Positions 47,513 through 59,181 of a stretch of 64,000 nucleotides of DNA are shown here, in pieces. Both the position numbers and the translations under genes were made by a program. Each line of letters opens with the position of its first letter. Position 1 is the stretch's first letter. The DNA is from an uncultured Bacilli bacterium (GTDB taxonomy: Bacteria > Bacillota_I > Bacilli_A > RF39 > UBA660). The stretch is taken from positions 282,955 to 346,954 of the forward strand of contig OZ006994.1 in the NCBI GenBank assembly GCA_963931305.1, in the 5' to 3' direction. The notes beneath the pieces are model-generated. The model was not told the DNA's origin. It was given only the letters and a program-made list of their open reading frames with translations, and ran no database searches.

Positions 47513-49096
47513 ATGAGTATTTTGACGAGTGCTAGTAGTTCATCCGTGTATAGGGGATATGAATACAATAAACAAAAAAGAGTGGAAAAAGTTCAACAAT
47601 TAAATGATTATGAATATGAGGGATATGTACAAGGAAGTTTAAAGACCTCTTATTATGTAAAAATTAATATAAAGCACCCCCGTAAGTCTTATTGTGATTG
47701 TCCTCATGCGAATGGAAATATTGTTTGTAAACATATGACTGCTTTATATTTTTCATTATTTCCAGAAGAAGTAGAAGATTATGAATGCTGGCTTAATAGT
47801 GATTACGAAGAAGACGATGAAGATGACTATTATGACTATTACGAGGATGAATATGAGGATAGAGAATCTGACGAATTTGAAAAGCCAATATTCTTTGATA
47901 ACGTTTTAGAAGAATATGTTGATGATTTAAGCAAAGATGAAATGAGAGATATTCTATTGACGGAATTTCATCATGATGAAGAGCGAACATACAACCTTTA
48001 TTTAAAAAAGAATTATCAGAAATATTTAGGAAAAAATCAAAGTGAGTTTTCTTTCTTAAATAAAATAAATACAAAATTGAATGAACGAACAGAATATTAT
48101 GATTATAACTATCAAGATTATAATCGTGAAATCCTAAGTTCTTATGAAAAAAGAAAGATTGCTGAATTATATAAAAATCCAGCATTACAGTTACAACTTG
48201 ATCAAATACTTGTAAATGAAAAATTAGCTGTTTATTCTGATTACCAATGGTTTGTGAAACGTTATAAAACTAGTAAAACGAAGGAAGAAATTAATAAATT
48301 TAATAATTTATTAGAACAATATTTAAATAGTTTAAAACATTATAGTATTAAAAATAATACGCCAAAAGCAAATGTTTTGATTGCAATATATTTATTAAAT
48401 GATTTTACAATAGATGAAAGTGCACAGTCTATACTAAAAAATGCAAAGTATTCAGAATATGTTGATTATGTGGTTGAAAAAAGTGATGATGTGTTGTTAT
48501 TATATGAAGTATTTATGAAATTAATTCAAAAAAATCATTTTATCAATAAAGAATATATCCCTACTGTATTACGTAGTTTCATAAGATTCATTGATATCAG
48601 TGATGATGCTGATATCTATATTAATTATTTCTTATATTGCTTCTTATGTTGGGGAGATTCTAATTATTTAGATTTATTAAGCCATTGTATTCAGAAAGAT
48701 CAAATACTTCATATGGTTGAAAGTAAAACAAAAAATATATTTTTATTAGCAAAACTTTATCGTTATTGTGGAAAAGTAGATAAGTTATGGAATTTATTAA
48801 TAAATAGTCATTATCAGTATTTGTTGTCAGAAAATATAGATGTATTAAGAGATAAATATAATGAACAATTATATAATCATTTTATAAACGAATTTTATGC
48901 AATTTTAAAAGAAGGTAAAAAAAGAGAAGTTTATCATAAAGCAAGTGTAAATATAGTGGCAATTTCAAAGTTAAATAATGGATTTGAGTATGTACAAAAA
49001 ATTATTGCAGATTTAAAAAAATCGTCTTATCAAAAATGTTCTGCATTATTCGATGAAATAAATGATGCTCTAACAAGAAGTAATAATATGATGTAA
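47513..49096 (+). CDS. SWIM zinc-finger domain protein (527 aa) with acidic D/E/Y-rich segment
   Basis: CDCPHANGNIVCKHMTALY is the CxC…CxH SWIM motif. Confidence 0.5.
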   Translation: MSILTSASSSSVYRGYEYNKQKRVEKVQQLNDYEYEGYVQGSLKTSYYVKINIKHPRKSYCDCPHANGNIVCKHMTALYFSLFPEEVEDYECWLNSDYEEDDEDDYYDYYEDEYEDRESDEFEKPIFFDNVLEEYVDDLSKDEMRDILLTEFHHDEERTYNLYLKKNYQKYLGKNQSEFSFLNKINTKLNERTEYYDYNYQDYNREILSSYEKRKIAELYKNPALQLQLDQILVNEKLAVYSDYQWFVKRYKTSKTKEEINKFNNLLEQYLNSLKHYSIKNNTPKANVLIAIYLLNDFTIDESAQSILKNAKYSEYVDYVVEKSDDVLLLYEVFMKLIQKNHFINKEYIPTVLRSFIRFIDISDDADIYINYFLYCFLCWGDSNYLDLLSHCIQKDQILHMVESKTKNIFLLAKLYRYCGKVDKLWNLLINSHYQYLLSENIDVLRDKYNEQLYNHFINEFYAILKEGKKREVYHKASVNIVAISKLNNGFEYVQKIIADLKKSSYQKCSALFDEINDALTRSNNMM

Positions 49097-49133
49097 GTGC
49101 TATTTTGTTATTTTTATATCAAGAGGTGGAAGT

Positions 49134-49472
49134 ATGAAACATAATATGAGATTAAATCATGATCCATTTGTTTTAATTGAAGAGGGAAGTAAAACAATTG
49201 AGTTAAGATTAAATGATGAGAAAAGAAGTAAAATAAAAGTAGGCGATACGATTGTATTTGAAGATAGAACAACAGGAAAAGAATTAAATGTTAAAGTCAT
49301 TGCGTTACATCCATATGATAGTTTTGAAACTTTATATCAACACTTTACTCCAATTGTGATGGGTTATCGTGAAGGAGAAGTAGTAGACCCAAAAGATATG
49401 GAATCATATTATTCTAAAGAAGAGCAAGATAAATATGGAGTATTAGGAATCGAAGTTCAAGTGATAAAATAA
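49134..49472 (+). CDS. ASCH (PUA-like) domain protein
   Basis: Short beta-barrel pattern …GSKTIELRLNDEKRSKIKVGDTIVFED…. Confidence 0.45.
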   Translation: MKHNMRLNHDPFVLIEEGSKTIELRLNDEKRSKIKVGDTIVFEDRTTGKELNVKVIALHPYDSFETLYQHFTPIVMGYREGEVVDPKDMESYYSKEEQDKYGVLGIEVQVIK

Positions 49473-49480
49473 AAGACCAA

Positions 49481-50623
49481 TTACTTTTGAATTGGTCCTT
49501 TTTTGTATTCATCTTCCCATAACTTTTTTTGTTCCTCTAAGGAAAGTGGTAATGCATAACAAGCTGTAATTCTCTGTTCTAATTTTAACATGTTACTATT
49601 TCCCTTGGAATAAGTTGTAATAAGAGGAATGTTTAAATTCTTCTTTATTTGATTTAAGTAATCTTTTCCTAGATTAGAAAAACCTAATACACGAATATAC
49701 TCTGGTTCTTTCATCATTTTTGCTTCTTCTTTTGTAAAATTACATAGAATATGTGTTAACATTCTTTGAATACGATTATAAGTATATCGTTTTGTTTTTA
49801 GCAATTGTATGAGTTCTTGATAATTATTTGCTTTCACAATTGCCTTTTTAATTCTTGTATTCATTCCTTCATCTACGGTTTGGAAAGTTTCTAAATGATC
49901 ATAGTGTGTCATAATTTGATATTTTAGATAAGGAAAGTATTGTTCATTGGTAAGAATTGGTGTTTTAACTTTTACTTTACTAGGAACATATTGTGTAATA
50001 TCTTGATTCTCTAATAATAACTTACGAATGCTTTCGGCACTTGTGATATGATTATCCGATAAATTGTGATAGTCATTGGTTCTTTGAATAGAAATTGGTG
50101 TTATGTTTGCTTGTTGTCTTTTTATCTCACGAATATAAGAAAGAGCTAAGGTATCGTTTGGTAAACGGATTTCTTTTCCAGTAATTGTTTTTAAAGCATT
50201 AGATAAAGCAGTTGGATAGTTTTTTCCAGAAGCCATTTCTTGTTTTACAAGTTGTTGATACTCTGGATGTTTTAATTGAATGTCTGCAAAAGAAGAAAAC
50301 ATTTCAAGATTATTGCTTTCACTTCCAAATATAATTTTATCTACTTGTAATGCTTTTAATAAGAAAATAGCTCCATAAGCAAAATAATCAGCACTTTGTG
50401 TGGCAAATGGAAAAGGAAGTTCTACTACGATATCAACATTGTAATCGAGTGCGATTTCTGTCTTTTGCCATTTATTTAAAATACTTACTTCACCACGTTC
50501 TAAGAAGTTTCCACCCAATATAATAATCAATGGTTCATGAGGATATAATTCTTTTGCTTTTTGTATTAAATATAGATGTCCATTGTGAAACGGATTAAAT
50601 TCTGCAACAATACCAACTGCCAT
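49481..50623 (-). CDS. tmcAL: tRNA(Met) cytidine acetate ligase TmcAL (YlbM / UPF0348 nucleotidyltransferase)
   Basis: MAVGIVAEFNPFHNGHLYLIQKAKEL… matches the YlbM N-terminus (HxGH-type nucleotidyltransferase). Confidence 0.7.
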   Translation of the reverse strand: MAVGIVAEFNPFHNGHLYLIQKAKELYPHEPLIIILGGNFLERGEVSILNKWQKTEIALDYNVDIVVELPFPFATQSADYFAYGAIFLLKALQVDKIIFGSESNNLEMFSSFADIQLKHPEYQQLVKQEMASGKNYPTALSNALKTITGKEIRLPNDTLALSYIREIKRQQANITPISIQRTNDYHNLSDNHITSAESIRKLLLENQDITQYVPSKVKVKTPILTNEQYFPYLKYQIMTHYDHLETFQTVDEGMNTRIKKAIVKANNYQELIQLLKTKRYTYNRIQRMLTHILCNFTKEEAKMMKEPEYIRVLGFSNLGKDYLNQIKKNLNIPLITTYSKGNSNMLKLEQRITACYALPLSLEEQKKLWEDEYKKGPIQK

Positions 50624-50713
50624 AAAATCACCATCATTACTATAGCATGAAAAGATTAATTTGTCATTTCTTATGTTTTTTGTTATAATCGTAACTTCAA
50701 AGGGGGATTTCGT

Positions 50714-51424
50714 ATGGAGGAAATTTTAAAACAATATCAAAATATAGAACAAGAAGAAAAAGAACAAATGGCTTCTAATTCTCAATATTGTTCTTATTTA
50801 TATGCACAGTATTTTGATCATTTTTTAAAGACAGGAGAAAAAGAAGATATTTCTTGGAAGACAAATGTTGCTGTTCAACAAACCATATTGGGAGATTCTT
50901 ATCCATTATATTTTTTACATCAATTAATTCATTTCAATGAAAATAAAGAAGAAGAATCGAGAGGGTTAATCCAATCAGGGATCAAAGATTTAAAGATTCA
51001 ATTTCCTACGATTCAATTTCAATATCGAAATCAGATGTATAAGATTGTTAATTTATTTTCTACAGCTCTTTCGCCTGAATTGAAAGAAAAATTATATCGT
51101 GATATTTATGAGAAACCGAGAAATTGTCATCAATTGGCAATCGAGATTGCGAAAGAGGTAAAAGGGCAGATCTATACTGGTTATTTACAATTTCCTACTA
51201 TGAATATGTTACATTCTTGGTGTGTGAAAGATGAGTTGGTGTATGATACAATGTATCATTTTATACTTACGCAAGAATTATATGAGACTATTTTTAATCC
51301 TGTTGATGTAATTGCGATTTCTTATGATTCTATTTGTAATGAGAAAATGAAGATAGAAGATATAGAAATGCCATATCCGGTATATTTATATTGTGATTAT
51401 AGAAAAAAGATGAAACAAAAGTGA
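50714..51424 (+). CDS. Hypothetical protein (236 aa)
   Basis: No motif recognised. Confidence 0.4.
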   Translation: MEEILKQYQNIEQEEKEQMASNSQYCSYLYAQYFDHFLKTGEKEDISWKTNVAVQQTILGDSYPLYFLHQLIHFNENKEEESRGLIQSGIKDLKIQFPTIQFQYRNQMYKIVNLFSTALSPELKEKLYRDIYEKPRNCHQLAIEIAKEVKGQIYTGYLQFPTMNMLHSWCVKDELVYDTMYHFILTQELYETIFNPVDVIAISYDSICNEKMKIEDIEMPYPVYLYCDYRKKMKQK

Positions 51425-51474
51425 TTTGCAATTTCTTTATCTTTTTAGTATAATGGAATGCGTGGTGGTAAAGT

Positions 51475-51960
51475 ATGAATATTGATTTTACAAAATTGAA
51501 AAGTCATATTGTATCGGAAATAACATTTGATGAAGAAGTACAGATTCCTGATGAATTGTTAAAACAATCTGATTTATTAGATTTAAAACAAGTGCATGTA
51601 ACAGGAAGACTTTATTTGGATGCAATGGATGAATTCGCATTAAGTATGAAAATAGATGGTATTATGGTATTACCTTGTGCGATTACTTTAAAGCCAGTGG
51701 ATGTTCCATTTGAGACTTCTGTTGATGATTCTTTAGAAAATTTATGTGAAGAAATGGATGAAACATTAAAAAATTCAGAAAATAGTATTGATATTTTACC
51801 AATTATATGGGAAAATATATTGTTAGAAATTCCCATGAGAGTTATAAGTGAAGGAGCAGAAGATTTATCACTACATGGTGATGGTTGGGAACTTATAACG
51901 GAGGATAAACCAAAACAAGAGATGAATCCTGAATTGGAAAAATTAAAAGATTTACTATAA
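51475..51960 (+). CDS. yceD: YceD/DUF177-family protein (23S rRNA accumulation protein)
   Basis: Acidic ~160-aa protein immediately upstream of rpmF (conserved synteny). Four Cys/His positions (C…C…H…). Confidence 0.6.
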   Translation: MNIDFTKLKSHIVSEITFDEEVQIPDELLKQSDLLDLKQVHVTGRLYLDAMDEFALSMKIDGIMVLPCAITLKPVDVPFETSVDDSLENLCEEMDETLKNSENSIDILPIIWENILLEIPMRVISEGAEDLSLHGDGWELITEDKPKQEMNPELEKLKDLL

Positions 51961-51977
51961 GAAAGAGGTGAATTTAA

Positions 51978-52187
51978 ATGAAATTAGAAATTCAATTGTT
52001 TGCAGTACCATTTAGAAAAACAAGTAAAACAAGAAAAAGAATGCGTCGTACGCATTATAAAATTTCTGCAAATGAAATGACAACATGTCCAAAATGTGGC
52101 GCTACAATTAAACCTCATAGAGTTTGTAAAAATTGTGGAACTTATAAAGGAAAAGAAGTTGTATCAATGGATAAAGAAGAAGCATAG
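51978..52187 (+). CDS. rpmF: 50S ribosomal protein L32
   Basis: …[21 protein letters not shown]…[34 protein letters not shown]. Confidence 0.85.
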   Translation: MKLEIQLFAVPFRKTSKTRKRMRRTHYKISANEMTTCPKCGATIKPHRVCKNCGTYKGKEVVSMDKEEA

Positions 52188-52201
52188 GCTTCTTTTTTTT
52201 G
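52178..52201 (+). terminator. Rho-independent terminator overlapping the rpmF stop
   Basis: AGAAGC-atag-GCTTCT followed by T8. Confidence 0.6.
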
Positions 52202-52253
52202 ATTGAAAAATAATTATGTTTATGGTACGATATTTTTAGAATAGGTGATGCAT

Positions 52254-53063
52254 ATGAAAAGGGGTTTTCATAATCAAAAGGGATTTGCTGTATCTGGAAT
52301 TCTTTACCCATTATTTGTTATTTTTGTTGGACTATTATTGGGGTTAATGGGAACATATGTAAATCGTAAAATATTATTTGATAATATGAAACAAGATGTT
52401 TTAAGTGAAGTAAATTATGGTAAAAATATTTTAGAGGGTGGAATGCTTTTATATTATAAAGGTTCAGAAGAACCGATTGCAGTGGATGGTGTATTAAAAC
52501 TACCTGATATGAGTGGGAATGGAAATCATGGAGAGATGGTTAATTTTCAGTCTCATATGAGAAATGAAGGGGATAGAATTACATTTGATGGAGTGAATAA
52601 CTATGTGAAAGCTCCAAATGTTTTAAATGGTCGTTCTACTTTTACGATTGAATTACTTTATCTACCAAGGAAACAAGGGACAACACAGTATTATTTTGGG
52701 ATTGCTTCTAATCAATTTGGACTATCTACTTCGAATGGTAGTACGCATAATTTTTATTATAATAGTTCTAAAAATGTTTCTATTTCTGATGCTGGGCATG
52801 GTATCAATCAATTAACATATGTCGCATATGTAATAGATGGGACGAAATTAACTAGTTATTTAGATGGAAAGAAAGTGAAAGATTCTACTTTGAGTGGAGG
52901 TATGAATGTATCGGGTTCTAATTTAGGATTAGGTGGTACAGGTACTGGTTCTTCACTCGCACAAATGGATTGTTACTCTTTCCGTATTTATAATTATGCA
53001 TTAAATGATGATGAGATTTATCACAATTACCGTATTGATTATCGAGAAGTAACAAGAGGATAG
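52254..53063 (+). CDS. Membrane-anchored LamG/concanavalin-A-like jelly-roll domain protein
   Basis: N-terminal TM. …RITFDGVNNYVKAPNVLNGRSTFTIELLY…TSYLDGKKV…FRIYNYALNDDEI is a LamG-like pattern. Start set to ATG 52254, which has an AGGTGA RBS. Confidence 0.5.
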   Translation: MKRGFHNQKGFAVSGILYPLFVIFVGLLLGLMGTYVNRKILFDNMKQDVLSEVNYGKNILEGGMLLYYKGSEEPIAVDGVLKLPDMSGNGNHGEMVNFQSHMRNEGDRITFDGVNNYVKAPNVLNGRSTFTIELLYLPRKQGTTQYYFGIASNQFGLSTSNGSTHNFYYNSSKNVSISDAGHGINQLTYVAYVIDGTKLTSYLDGKKVKDSTLSGGMNVSGSNLGLGGTGTGSSLAQMDCYSFRIYNYALNDDEIYHNYRIDYREVTRG

Positions 53064-53346
53064 AGATTATTGTTTGTAAAAATAAAAAGTTGTGATATAC
53101 TATAACTAGTTTTTTATAAATGCATGGAAGAAGAGGAGTATAATATTTATTTTTTAAAGAGACTCTATGGTTGGTGGAAATAGGGAAAAATAATATTAGA
53201 AGGTAGCTTTGGAGCATTTTATTTGAAGATAAGTAGAATAAAACGTATATCCGCGTTAAGGATTCAAGATAGTCTTTACTATGAATTAAGGTGGTACCAC
53301 GTTCTTTCACGTCCTTATATTAGGGCGTTTTTTTTTGGAGGTGTTT

Positions 53347-54069
53347 ATGGAACAAGTCAAACAATTATTTGAAAATTATGTTCAAAACTTTGATTTGACC
53401 AATCCTGATATCAAGAGAAAATACAATCATTCTTATCGGGTGATGGAATTATCTAATGAACTTGCCAATTCTATACATCTTTCAAAAAGAGATTGTGAAT
53501 TAGCGATGCTGATTGGTTTATTACACGATATTGGGAGATTTGAACAATTAAAGAGAGTTCATTCTTATAATGACTTTCAATTTGAACATGCCGATTATGG
53601 CGCAACTTATTTACAAGATAGTTCATTTTTAGATCCGTTGTTACTTACAGAAGAAGAAAAACTGGTGATTGTGTCGGCAGTAAAATATCACAATAAGTAT
53701 GAGCTTCCGAATCATTTAGAAGAAAGAACTGAATTATTTTGTAAATTGATTCGCGATGCTGATAAATTAGATATTTTTTCTTTAACACTCCAACTGCCAA
53801 AAAAAGATTTAGGAAGATTGAATCCTGGAATTAAAAAGGAGTTCTTTTTAGGAAGGTCATGTCATATTCATCCAGAAATGAGTTCTTATGACTATGTGTT
53901 AGTTCGTTTAGGATTTCTTCACAATCTTTATTTTCTAAGAAGTTTTCAAATATTTTCAGAACGACATTATTTAGATATTTATTTTAAAATATTAGGTGAA
54001 AAAGAAGAATTGAAAGAATATTTTGATTACAGTAGGAATTATTTAGAACAAAAATTAAAGGAGAAATAA
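53347..54069 (+). CDS. HD-domain phosphohydrolase
   Basis: …YRVMEL…[10 protein letters not shown]…DADKLD is an HD motif. Start set to ATG 53347, which has a GGAGGTG RBS. Confidence 0.65.
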   Translation: MEQVKQLFENYVQNFDLTNPDIKRKYNHSYRVMELSNELANSIHLSKRDCELAMLIGLLHDIGRFEQLKRVHSYNDFQFEHADYGATYLQDSSFLDPLLLTEEEKLVIVSAVKYHNKYELPNHLEERTELFCKLIRDADKLDIFSLTLQLPKKDLGRLNPGIKKEFFLGRSCHIHPEMSSYDYVLVRLGFLHNLYFLRSFQIFSERHYLDIYFKILGEKEELKEYFDYSRNYLEQKLKEK

Positions 54070-54073
54070 CAAT

Positions 54074-56620
54074 ATGTTAGATACAAAATATAATCATTTA
54101 GAAGTAGAAAAAGGAAAATATCAAACTTGGAAAGAAAAGGGTTATTTCACCAGTGGTGATTTATCTAAAAAACCATATGCGATTGTGATTCCACCACCAA
54201 ATGTAACTGGAAAATTACATTTAGGTCATGCTTGGAATACAACATTACAAGATATTTTAATCCGTTATAAGAGAATGGATGGCTATGATGCTTTATGGCT
54301 TCCAGGAATGGATCATGCTGGTATTGCAACGCAAGCAAAAGTAGATGCGAAATTACGTGAAGAGGGAATGAATCCTCGTAGTATGGATCGTGAAGCATGG
54401 TTAGAACATGCATGGAAGTGGAAAAAAGATTATGCGGAAAATATTCACGAACAATGGGCAAAACTAGGTCTTAGTTTAGATTATACAAAAGAACGTTTTA
54501 CGTTAGATGAAGGACTTAGTGATGCTGTTAAACATGTCTTTGTTACTTTATATAATAAAGGTCTTATCTATCGTGGCGAACGTATTATTAACTGGGATCC
54601 AAAAGCCATGACAGCTCTTTCTAATGAGGAAGTTATCTATAAAGATGTAGAGGGTGCTTTCTATCATATTAAATATATGATTGAAGATAGTGATGAATAT
54701 TTAGAAGTCGCAACGACACGTCCTGAAACATTGTTTGGAGATACTGCTGTAGCAGTCAATCCTGATGATGAAAGATATAAGAAGTATATTGGTAAACATG
54801 TTGTACTGCCAATTGTCAATAAATTAATTCCAATTGTTGCCGATGAACATGCAGATATGGAATTTGGAACCGGAGTTGTTAAGATAACACCAGCTCATGA
54901 CCCAAACGACTTCGAAGTTGGAAATCGTCATAATCTAGAACGTATTATCGTTATGAATCCAGATGCGACAATGAACGAACATGCTGGAAAATACTGTGGA
55001 ATGGATCGTTTTGCTTGCCGTGAAGCACTTGTAAAAGATTTAGAAGAAGCAGGACTATTAATTTCTATTGAAAAAATGACTCACTCTGTTGGACATAGTG
55101 AAAGAACCGATGTTATGGTAGAACCATATTTATCAAAACAATGGTTTGTAAAAATGCGTCCACTTGCTGATGCGGTATTAAAAAATCAGAAAAATAAAGA
55201 TACAAAAGTAAACTTTGTACCTGAGAGATTTGAAAAAATCATGAATCACTGGATGGAAATCACATACGATTGGTGTATCTCTCGTCAATTATGGTGGGGA
55301 CACCGTATTCCGGCTTGGTATAAAGGAGATGAAGTTTACGTTGGATATGAAGCTCCAAAAGAAGAAGGATGGGTACAAGATCCCGATGTACTAGACACAT
55401 GGTTCTCGAGTGCACTATGGCCATTTTCGACACTTGGATGGCCTGAGGATACTAATCTTTTAAAGAGATATTATCCAAATAATGTATTAGTGACAGGATA
55501 TGATATTATTCCATTCTGGGTAAATCGTATGACATTCCAAGGATTAGAATTTACTGGGCAAAGACCATTTAAAGATTGTTTGATTCATGGACTAATTCGT
55601 GATAAAGAGGGAAGAAAGATGAGTAAATCCCTTGGAAATGGTGTCGATCCGATGGATGTGATTGAGAAGTATGGTGCTGATGCATTACGTTATTTCTTAT
55701 CTACCGCAACTGCTCCTGGTATGGATTTACGTTATGATGAAGAAAAAGTTGCTTCTACTTGGAATTTTATTAATAAACTTTGGAATGCTTCTCGTTATGT
55801 ATTAATGAATTTAGGAGAGTTTAAAGAAGAAGATCAAACGATAGATGATTTAACAATCTCTGATAAATGGATTTTAACAAAGTTAGAACAGACAATTCAA
55901 ACAGTTCGTAAACATATGGATCAATATGAATTTCATGTAGTAGGAACAGAACTATATCGTTTTATTTGGGATGATTTTTGTGATTGGTACATTGAACTTA
56001 CGAAAGGTTCTATCAATAACACAACCAAAACAGTATTGGTAAAAGTTCTAACTTGTATTCTTAAGATGTTACACCCATTTATGCCATATGTAACAGAAGA
56101 AATTTATCAAATGCTTCCAATACATGAAGAATCTATTATGATAAGTCAATATCCAGTGTATGAGAAAGAATATGTGTTTGAAACCGAAACAAAAGATATG
56201 GAAGAAATGATTGATTTTATTACTCGTGTTAGAACTTATAAACTAGAACAAAAAGTACCAAAAGATGCGATGGTGTATTATGATGGAAAAGAAAAAGAAT
56301 TAGTATTTAAATTATTAAAAGTTCAAAATGAAACAACAGAATTAACAAGTGATATGGAAAAGACAATGATTCATAGTAATTATGATCAGTATAAAATCGC
56401 ATATCAATTTGATCAATCAAAAAATAAACAAGAATTAAAAGAAAAATTAGAAAAAGAGCTTTCTTCTTTAAATCAATCTATTGAAAGAAGAAAGAAATTA
56501 CTTTCTAATCAAGGATATGTAAGTCATGCTCCAGAACAAATTGTAAATAAAGAGAGAGAAAACTTACAATTAGAAGAAAAAAGAAAAGCAGAAATAGAAG
56601 ATAAGTTAGAAAATATATAA
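54074..56620 (+). CDS. valS: Valine--tRNA ligase
   Basis: [16 protein letters not shown] (HIGH). KMSKSLGN. Class I editing and anticodon-binding domain arrangement. C-terminal coiled coil. Confidence 0.9.
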   Translation: MLDTKYNHLEVEKGKYQTWKEKGYFTSGDLSKKPYAIVIPPPNVTGKLHLGHAWNTTLQDILIRYKRMDGYDALWLPGMDHAGIATQAKVDAKLREEGMNPRSMDREAWLEHAWKWKKDYAENIHEQWAKLGLSLDYTKERFTLDEGLSDAVKHVFVTLYNKGLIYRGERIINWDPKAMTALSNEEVIYKDVEGAFYHIKYMIEDSDEYLEVATTRPETLFGDTAVAVNPDDERYKKYIGKHVVLPIVNKLIPIVADEHADMEFGTGVVKITPAHDPNDFEVGNRHNLERIIVMNPDATMNEHAGKYCGMDRFACREALVKDLEEAGLLISIEKMTHSVGHSERTDVMVEPYLSKQWFVKMRPLADAVLKNQKNKDTKVNFVPERFEKIMNHWMEITYDWCISRQLWWGHRIPAWYKGDEVYVGYEAPKEEGWVQDPDVLDTWFSSALWPFSTLGWPEDTNLLKRYYPNNVLVTGYDIIPFWVNRMTFQGLEFTGQRPFKDCLIHGLIRDKEGRKMSKSLGNGVDPMDVIEKYGADALRYFLSTATAPGMDLRYDEEKVASTWNFINKLWNASRYVLMNLGEFKEEDQTIDDLTISDKWILTKLEQTIQTVRKHMDQYEFHVVGTELYRFIWDDFCDWYIELTKGSINNTTKTVLVKVLTCILKMLHPFMPYVTEEIYQMLPIHEESIMISQYPVYEKEYVFETETKDMEEMIDFITRVRTYKLEQKVPKDAMVYYDGKEKELVFKLLKVQNETTELTSDMEKTMIHSNYDQYKIAYQFDQSKNKQELKEKLEKELSSLNQSIERRKKLLSNQGYVSHAPEQIVNKERENLQLEEKRKAEIEDKLENI

Positions 56621-56640
56621 CAGAGTCATCTCTGTTTTTC
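56621..56640 (+). terminator. Rho-independent terminator after valS
   Basis: CAGAG-tcat-CTCTG followed by T5. Confidence 0.55.
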
Positions 56641-56688
56641 TTTTACATAAAATACGTTTATCTTGTCATACTAATAAGGGTGAAATGT

Positions 56689-58164
56689 ATGAATCATAAA
56701 ACAATTTGGAAAGAAGGAATAAAACCATTATCCTTATCTCAAACAGAGAAGAAAGATGAGAAAGTAGATATTTTAATTATCGGTGGAGGAATTGCTGGAA
56801 TGACAGCACTTTACCAGTTATCAAATGTTAAGAAAAATATTTTACTGATTGATAAAGGGAGAATTGGCTTTGGTGTAACAGCAAACACGACAGGGAAAAT
56901 CACTTATTTACAAGATGAGATTTATGAGCAAATTGAAAAGATGTATGATTTTGAAACTACTCGTAAATATTTAAAATCACAACAAGAAATGTGTCAGAAA
57001 GTAAAAGAAATTGTGGAGACAGAGAAAATTGATTGTGATTTTATGGAAGTTGATTCCTATGTCTTTGGCAGTGATGAAAAACAAATTGAAAAAATAGAAT
57101 ATTTAGAAAACTTTTTAAAACGATGTGAAGTAGGGGTAGAAATATCAGATAAATTACCACTTTCTATTCCTTGTACACGTGCTTTAAAAGTGAAACATAC
57201 AGCTGTTTTTCATCCTGTGAAATATATTTATGGACTTGCGAATATTGCTCTTTCTCGCGGAATGAGAATTTACGAAGAGACGAGTGCTTATGATATTGAT
57301 CAAGATGGAGAGAATTATTATGTTCATACTTCTCATGGAGTGATTGAAGCAAAACAAGTACTTGTTTGTACGCATTATCCATTTTTTGTAAAACCAGCAT
57401 GGATTCCTTTTAAAACACATGTAGAGTCTTCTTATGTTGTTGCTTCTAATACAGATAAAGTATTTCCTTTTTCAGCCATTACAATGACGAAACCGATATG
57501 GTCTATTCGTTATCATAAGAATAAAGATAAGTATCTTATCTTTGCTTCTGAGAGTGATAAGATTACAAAATGTAAGGCAATAGATAAAAGTTATGAAGCA
57601 GTTGAAACACAGTTTTCTAAATTATTTCCTTATCATATTGAATATTTTTGGTCAACACATGATGTGATGCCTAATGATTATTTGCCATTGATTGGTTCTG
57701 TTTCTTTAGAGAATCCTAATTTGATGATTGCAACGGGATTTCAAAAGTGGGGAATGACGAATGGAACATTAGCTGGTATTTTATTAGCAGATTTAGTACT
57801 AGGAAAAGAAAATCAATATGTGGAATTATTGAAACCTTATCGTAAGTATTCTTTAAAACGTGTATTCAATACAATTGTAGATGGAACTGATAATTCTATT
57901 GCTATGTTAAAATCAGTGATAAAAGGACAAAGTGACCATGTGAAAATTAAGTATCAAGATGGGAAAAGAATTGGAATTTATACTGATAAAAATGGAGTGG
58001 AACATTGTGTTCATACATTATGTCCTCATATGAAATGTCATTTAATTTTCAATGAGAAAGAACTGAGTTGGGATTGTCCTTGTCATGGATCACGGTTTGA
58101 TATTGATGGGAATGTCTTAGAAGGACCTAGTGTATTTGATATTCATATTTCAAACAAAAAATAA
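56689..58164 (+). CDS. FAD-dependent oxidoreductase fused to a C-terminal Rieske [2Fe-2S] domain
   Basis: GGGIAGMTALYQLS dinucleotide-binding motif. C-terminal CPHMKCH…CPCHGSRF is the Rieske CxH…CxxH motif. Confidence 0.65.
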   Translation: MNHKTIWKEGIKPLSLSQTEKKDEKVDILIIGGGIAGMTALYQLSNVKKNILLIDKGRIGFGVTANTTGKITYLQDEIYEQIEKMYDFETTRKYLKSQQEMCQKVKEIVETEKIDCDFMEVDSYVFGSDEKQIEKIEYLENFLKRCEVGVEISDKLPLSIPCTRALKVKHTAVFHPVKYIYGLANIALSRGMRIYEETSAYDIDQDGENYYVHTSHGVIEAKQVLVCTHYPFFVKPAWIPFKTHVESSYVVASNTDKVFPFSAITMTKPIWSIRYHKNKDKYLIFASESDKITKCKAIDKSYEAVETQFSKLFPYHIEYFWSTHDVMPNDYLPLIGSVSLENPNLMIATGFQKWGMTNGTLAGILLADLVLGKENQYVELLKPYRKYSLKRVFNTIVDGTDNSIAMLKSVIKGQSDHVKIKYQDGKRIGIYTDKNGVEHCVHTLCPHMKCHLIFNEKELSWDCPCHGSRFDIDGNVLEGPSVFDIHISNKK

Positions 58165-58255
58165 CTTGTCAAACAATAGTAAAATAAAATGGCAAATATT
58201 GACTATCAATTTAGGTCATGGTATCATGATAGTGTAATAATAGAAGGAGGAAACT

Positions 58256-58705
58256 ATGAAAACAAATCAAAAAGGATTTACATTAATTGAATTATTAGCA
58301 GTAATCGTTATCTTAGCAGTTATCGCATTAATTGCAACGCCACTTATTATGGGAACAATTACAAAAGCTAAGAAAAATTCTGCTGTAGACTCTGCTTACG
58401 GATATATGAAAGCAGTAGAACAAGCTATTGGAGAGGCACAAGTAGATGATCCAACTGGAGCATTTGATATTTCTGGTGCTACAGTAATTGTATCTGGAAG
58501 TGGATCACAAGCAGGAAATCAAGTACAAATTAAATTTGATGGTTCAAGTTCAGTTGATAAGACATTATCTGTAAATTATAAGGGAAGTGAACCAGAAAAT
58601 GGTGGAACTTTAAAATATGATGCCAATGGACGTGTAACCGATGGAACTTTAAAGATTGGCGGATATACAGTTACCATTACAAATGATAAAGCCACAGTAA
58701 ACTAA
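58256..58705 (+). CDS. Type IV pilin / pseudopilin-like protein, copy 1 (prepilin GFTLIE N-terminus)
   Basis: MKTNQKGFTLIELLAVIVILAVIALIATPLIMG: class III signal peptide with Glu at +5. RBS AGGAGG. Confidence 0.75.
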   Translation: MKTNQKGFTLIELLAVIVILAVIALIATPLIMGTITKAKKNSAVDSAYGYMKAVEQAIGEAQVDDPTGAFDISGATVIVSGSGSQAGNQVQIKFDGSSSVDKTLSVNYKGSEPENGGTLKYDANGRVTDGTLKIGGYTVTITNDKATVN

Positions 58706-58722
58706 TTTAATAGGAGGAAAGT

Positions 58723-59148
58723 ATGAAGGAAAATAATAAAGGATTTACATTAATCGAATTATTAGCAGTAATCGTAATCTTAGCAGTTATCGCATTAATC
58801 GCAACACCATTAATTATGGGAACAATTACAAAAGCTAAGAAAAATTCTGCTGTAGACTCTGCTTATGGATACATGAAAGCAGTAGAACAAGCAATTGGAG
58901 AACATCAAGTAGATGATCCAACTGGAGCATTTGATGTTGCAGATAAAACATTTAAAACAAAGAATAATGGAACAACCATTACAACAGATTCTTATGCTGA
59001 TTTAGAAATTACCGTAAATTATAAAGGTAGTCAACCAACCGATGGTGGAACACTTACATATGATGCCAATGGACGTGTAACAAGTGGGACATTAGAAATT
59101 GGTGGATATACTGTAACAATTACAAATGATAAAGCAACTGTAAACTAA
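58723..59148 (+). CDS. Type IV pilin-like protein, copy 2
   Basis: N-terminal 60 aa nearly identical to copy 1. Variable middle. Conserved C-terminus …TLTYDANGRVTSGTLEIGGYTVTITNDKATVN. Confidence 0.75.
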   Translation: MKENNKGFTLIELLAVIVILAVIALIATPLIMGTITKAKKNSAVDSAYGYMKAVEQAIGEHQVDDPTGAFDVADKTFKTKNNGTTITTDSYADLEITVNYKGSQPTDGGTLTYDANGRVTSGTLEIGGYTVTITNDKATVN

Positions 59149-59170
59149 GAAGTGAAAGCTTCTTTTTTTC
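59147..59170 (+). terminator. Rho-independent terminator between pilin copies 2 and 3
   Basis: AAGAAG-tgaaag-CTTCTT followed by T5. Confidence 0.6.
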
Positions 59171-59181
59171 TTTCTATGTCA

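Noticed and set aside
47793-48185. Antisense ORF within the SWIM protein gene
   Set aside because: Shadow ORF with no start signals.
52254-52330. Possible prepilin-type N-terminus on the LamG-domain protein (…QKGFAVSGIL…)
   Set aside because: No Glu at +5 after the Gly-Phe and no GFxxxE consensus, so it was treated as an ordinary TM anchor and not a minor pilin. It is 5 kb from the pilin array.
51612-53310. ORFs 51612-51836(-), 52108-52311(-), 52627-52815(+), 52918-53310(-)
   Set aside because: They overlap the yceD, rpmF and LamG-domain genes or the intergenic leader. No support.
54165-54461. Antisense ORF in valS
   Set aside because: valS motifs are unambiguous.
57164-57420. Two antisense ORFs in the FAD/Rieske oxidoreductase gene
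   Set aside because: Shadow ORFs.
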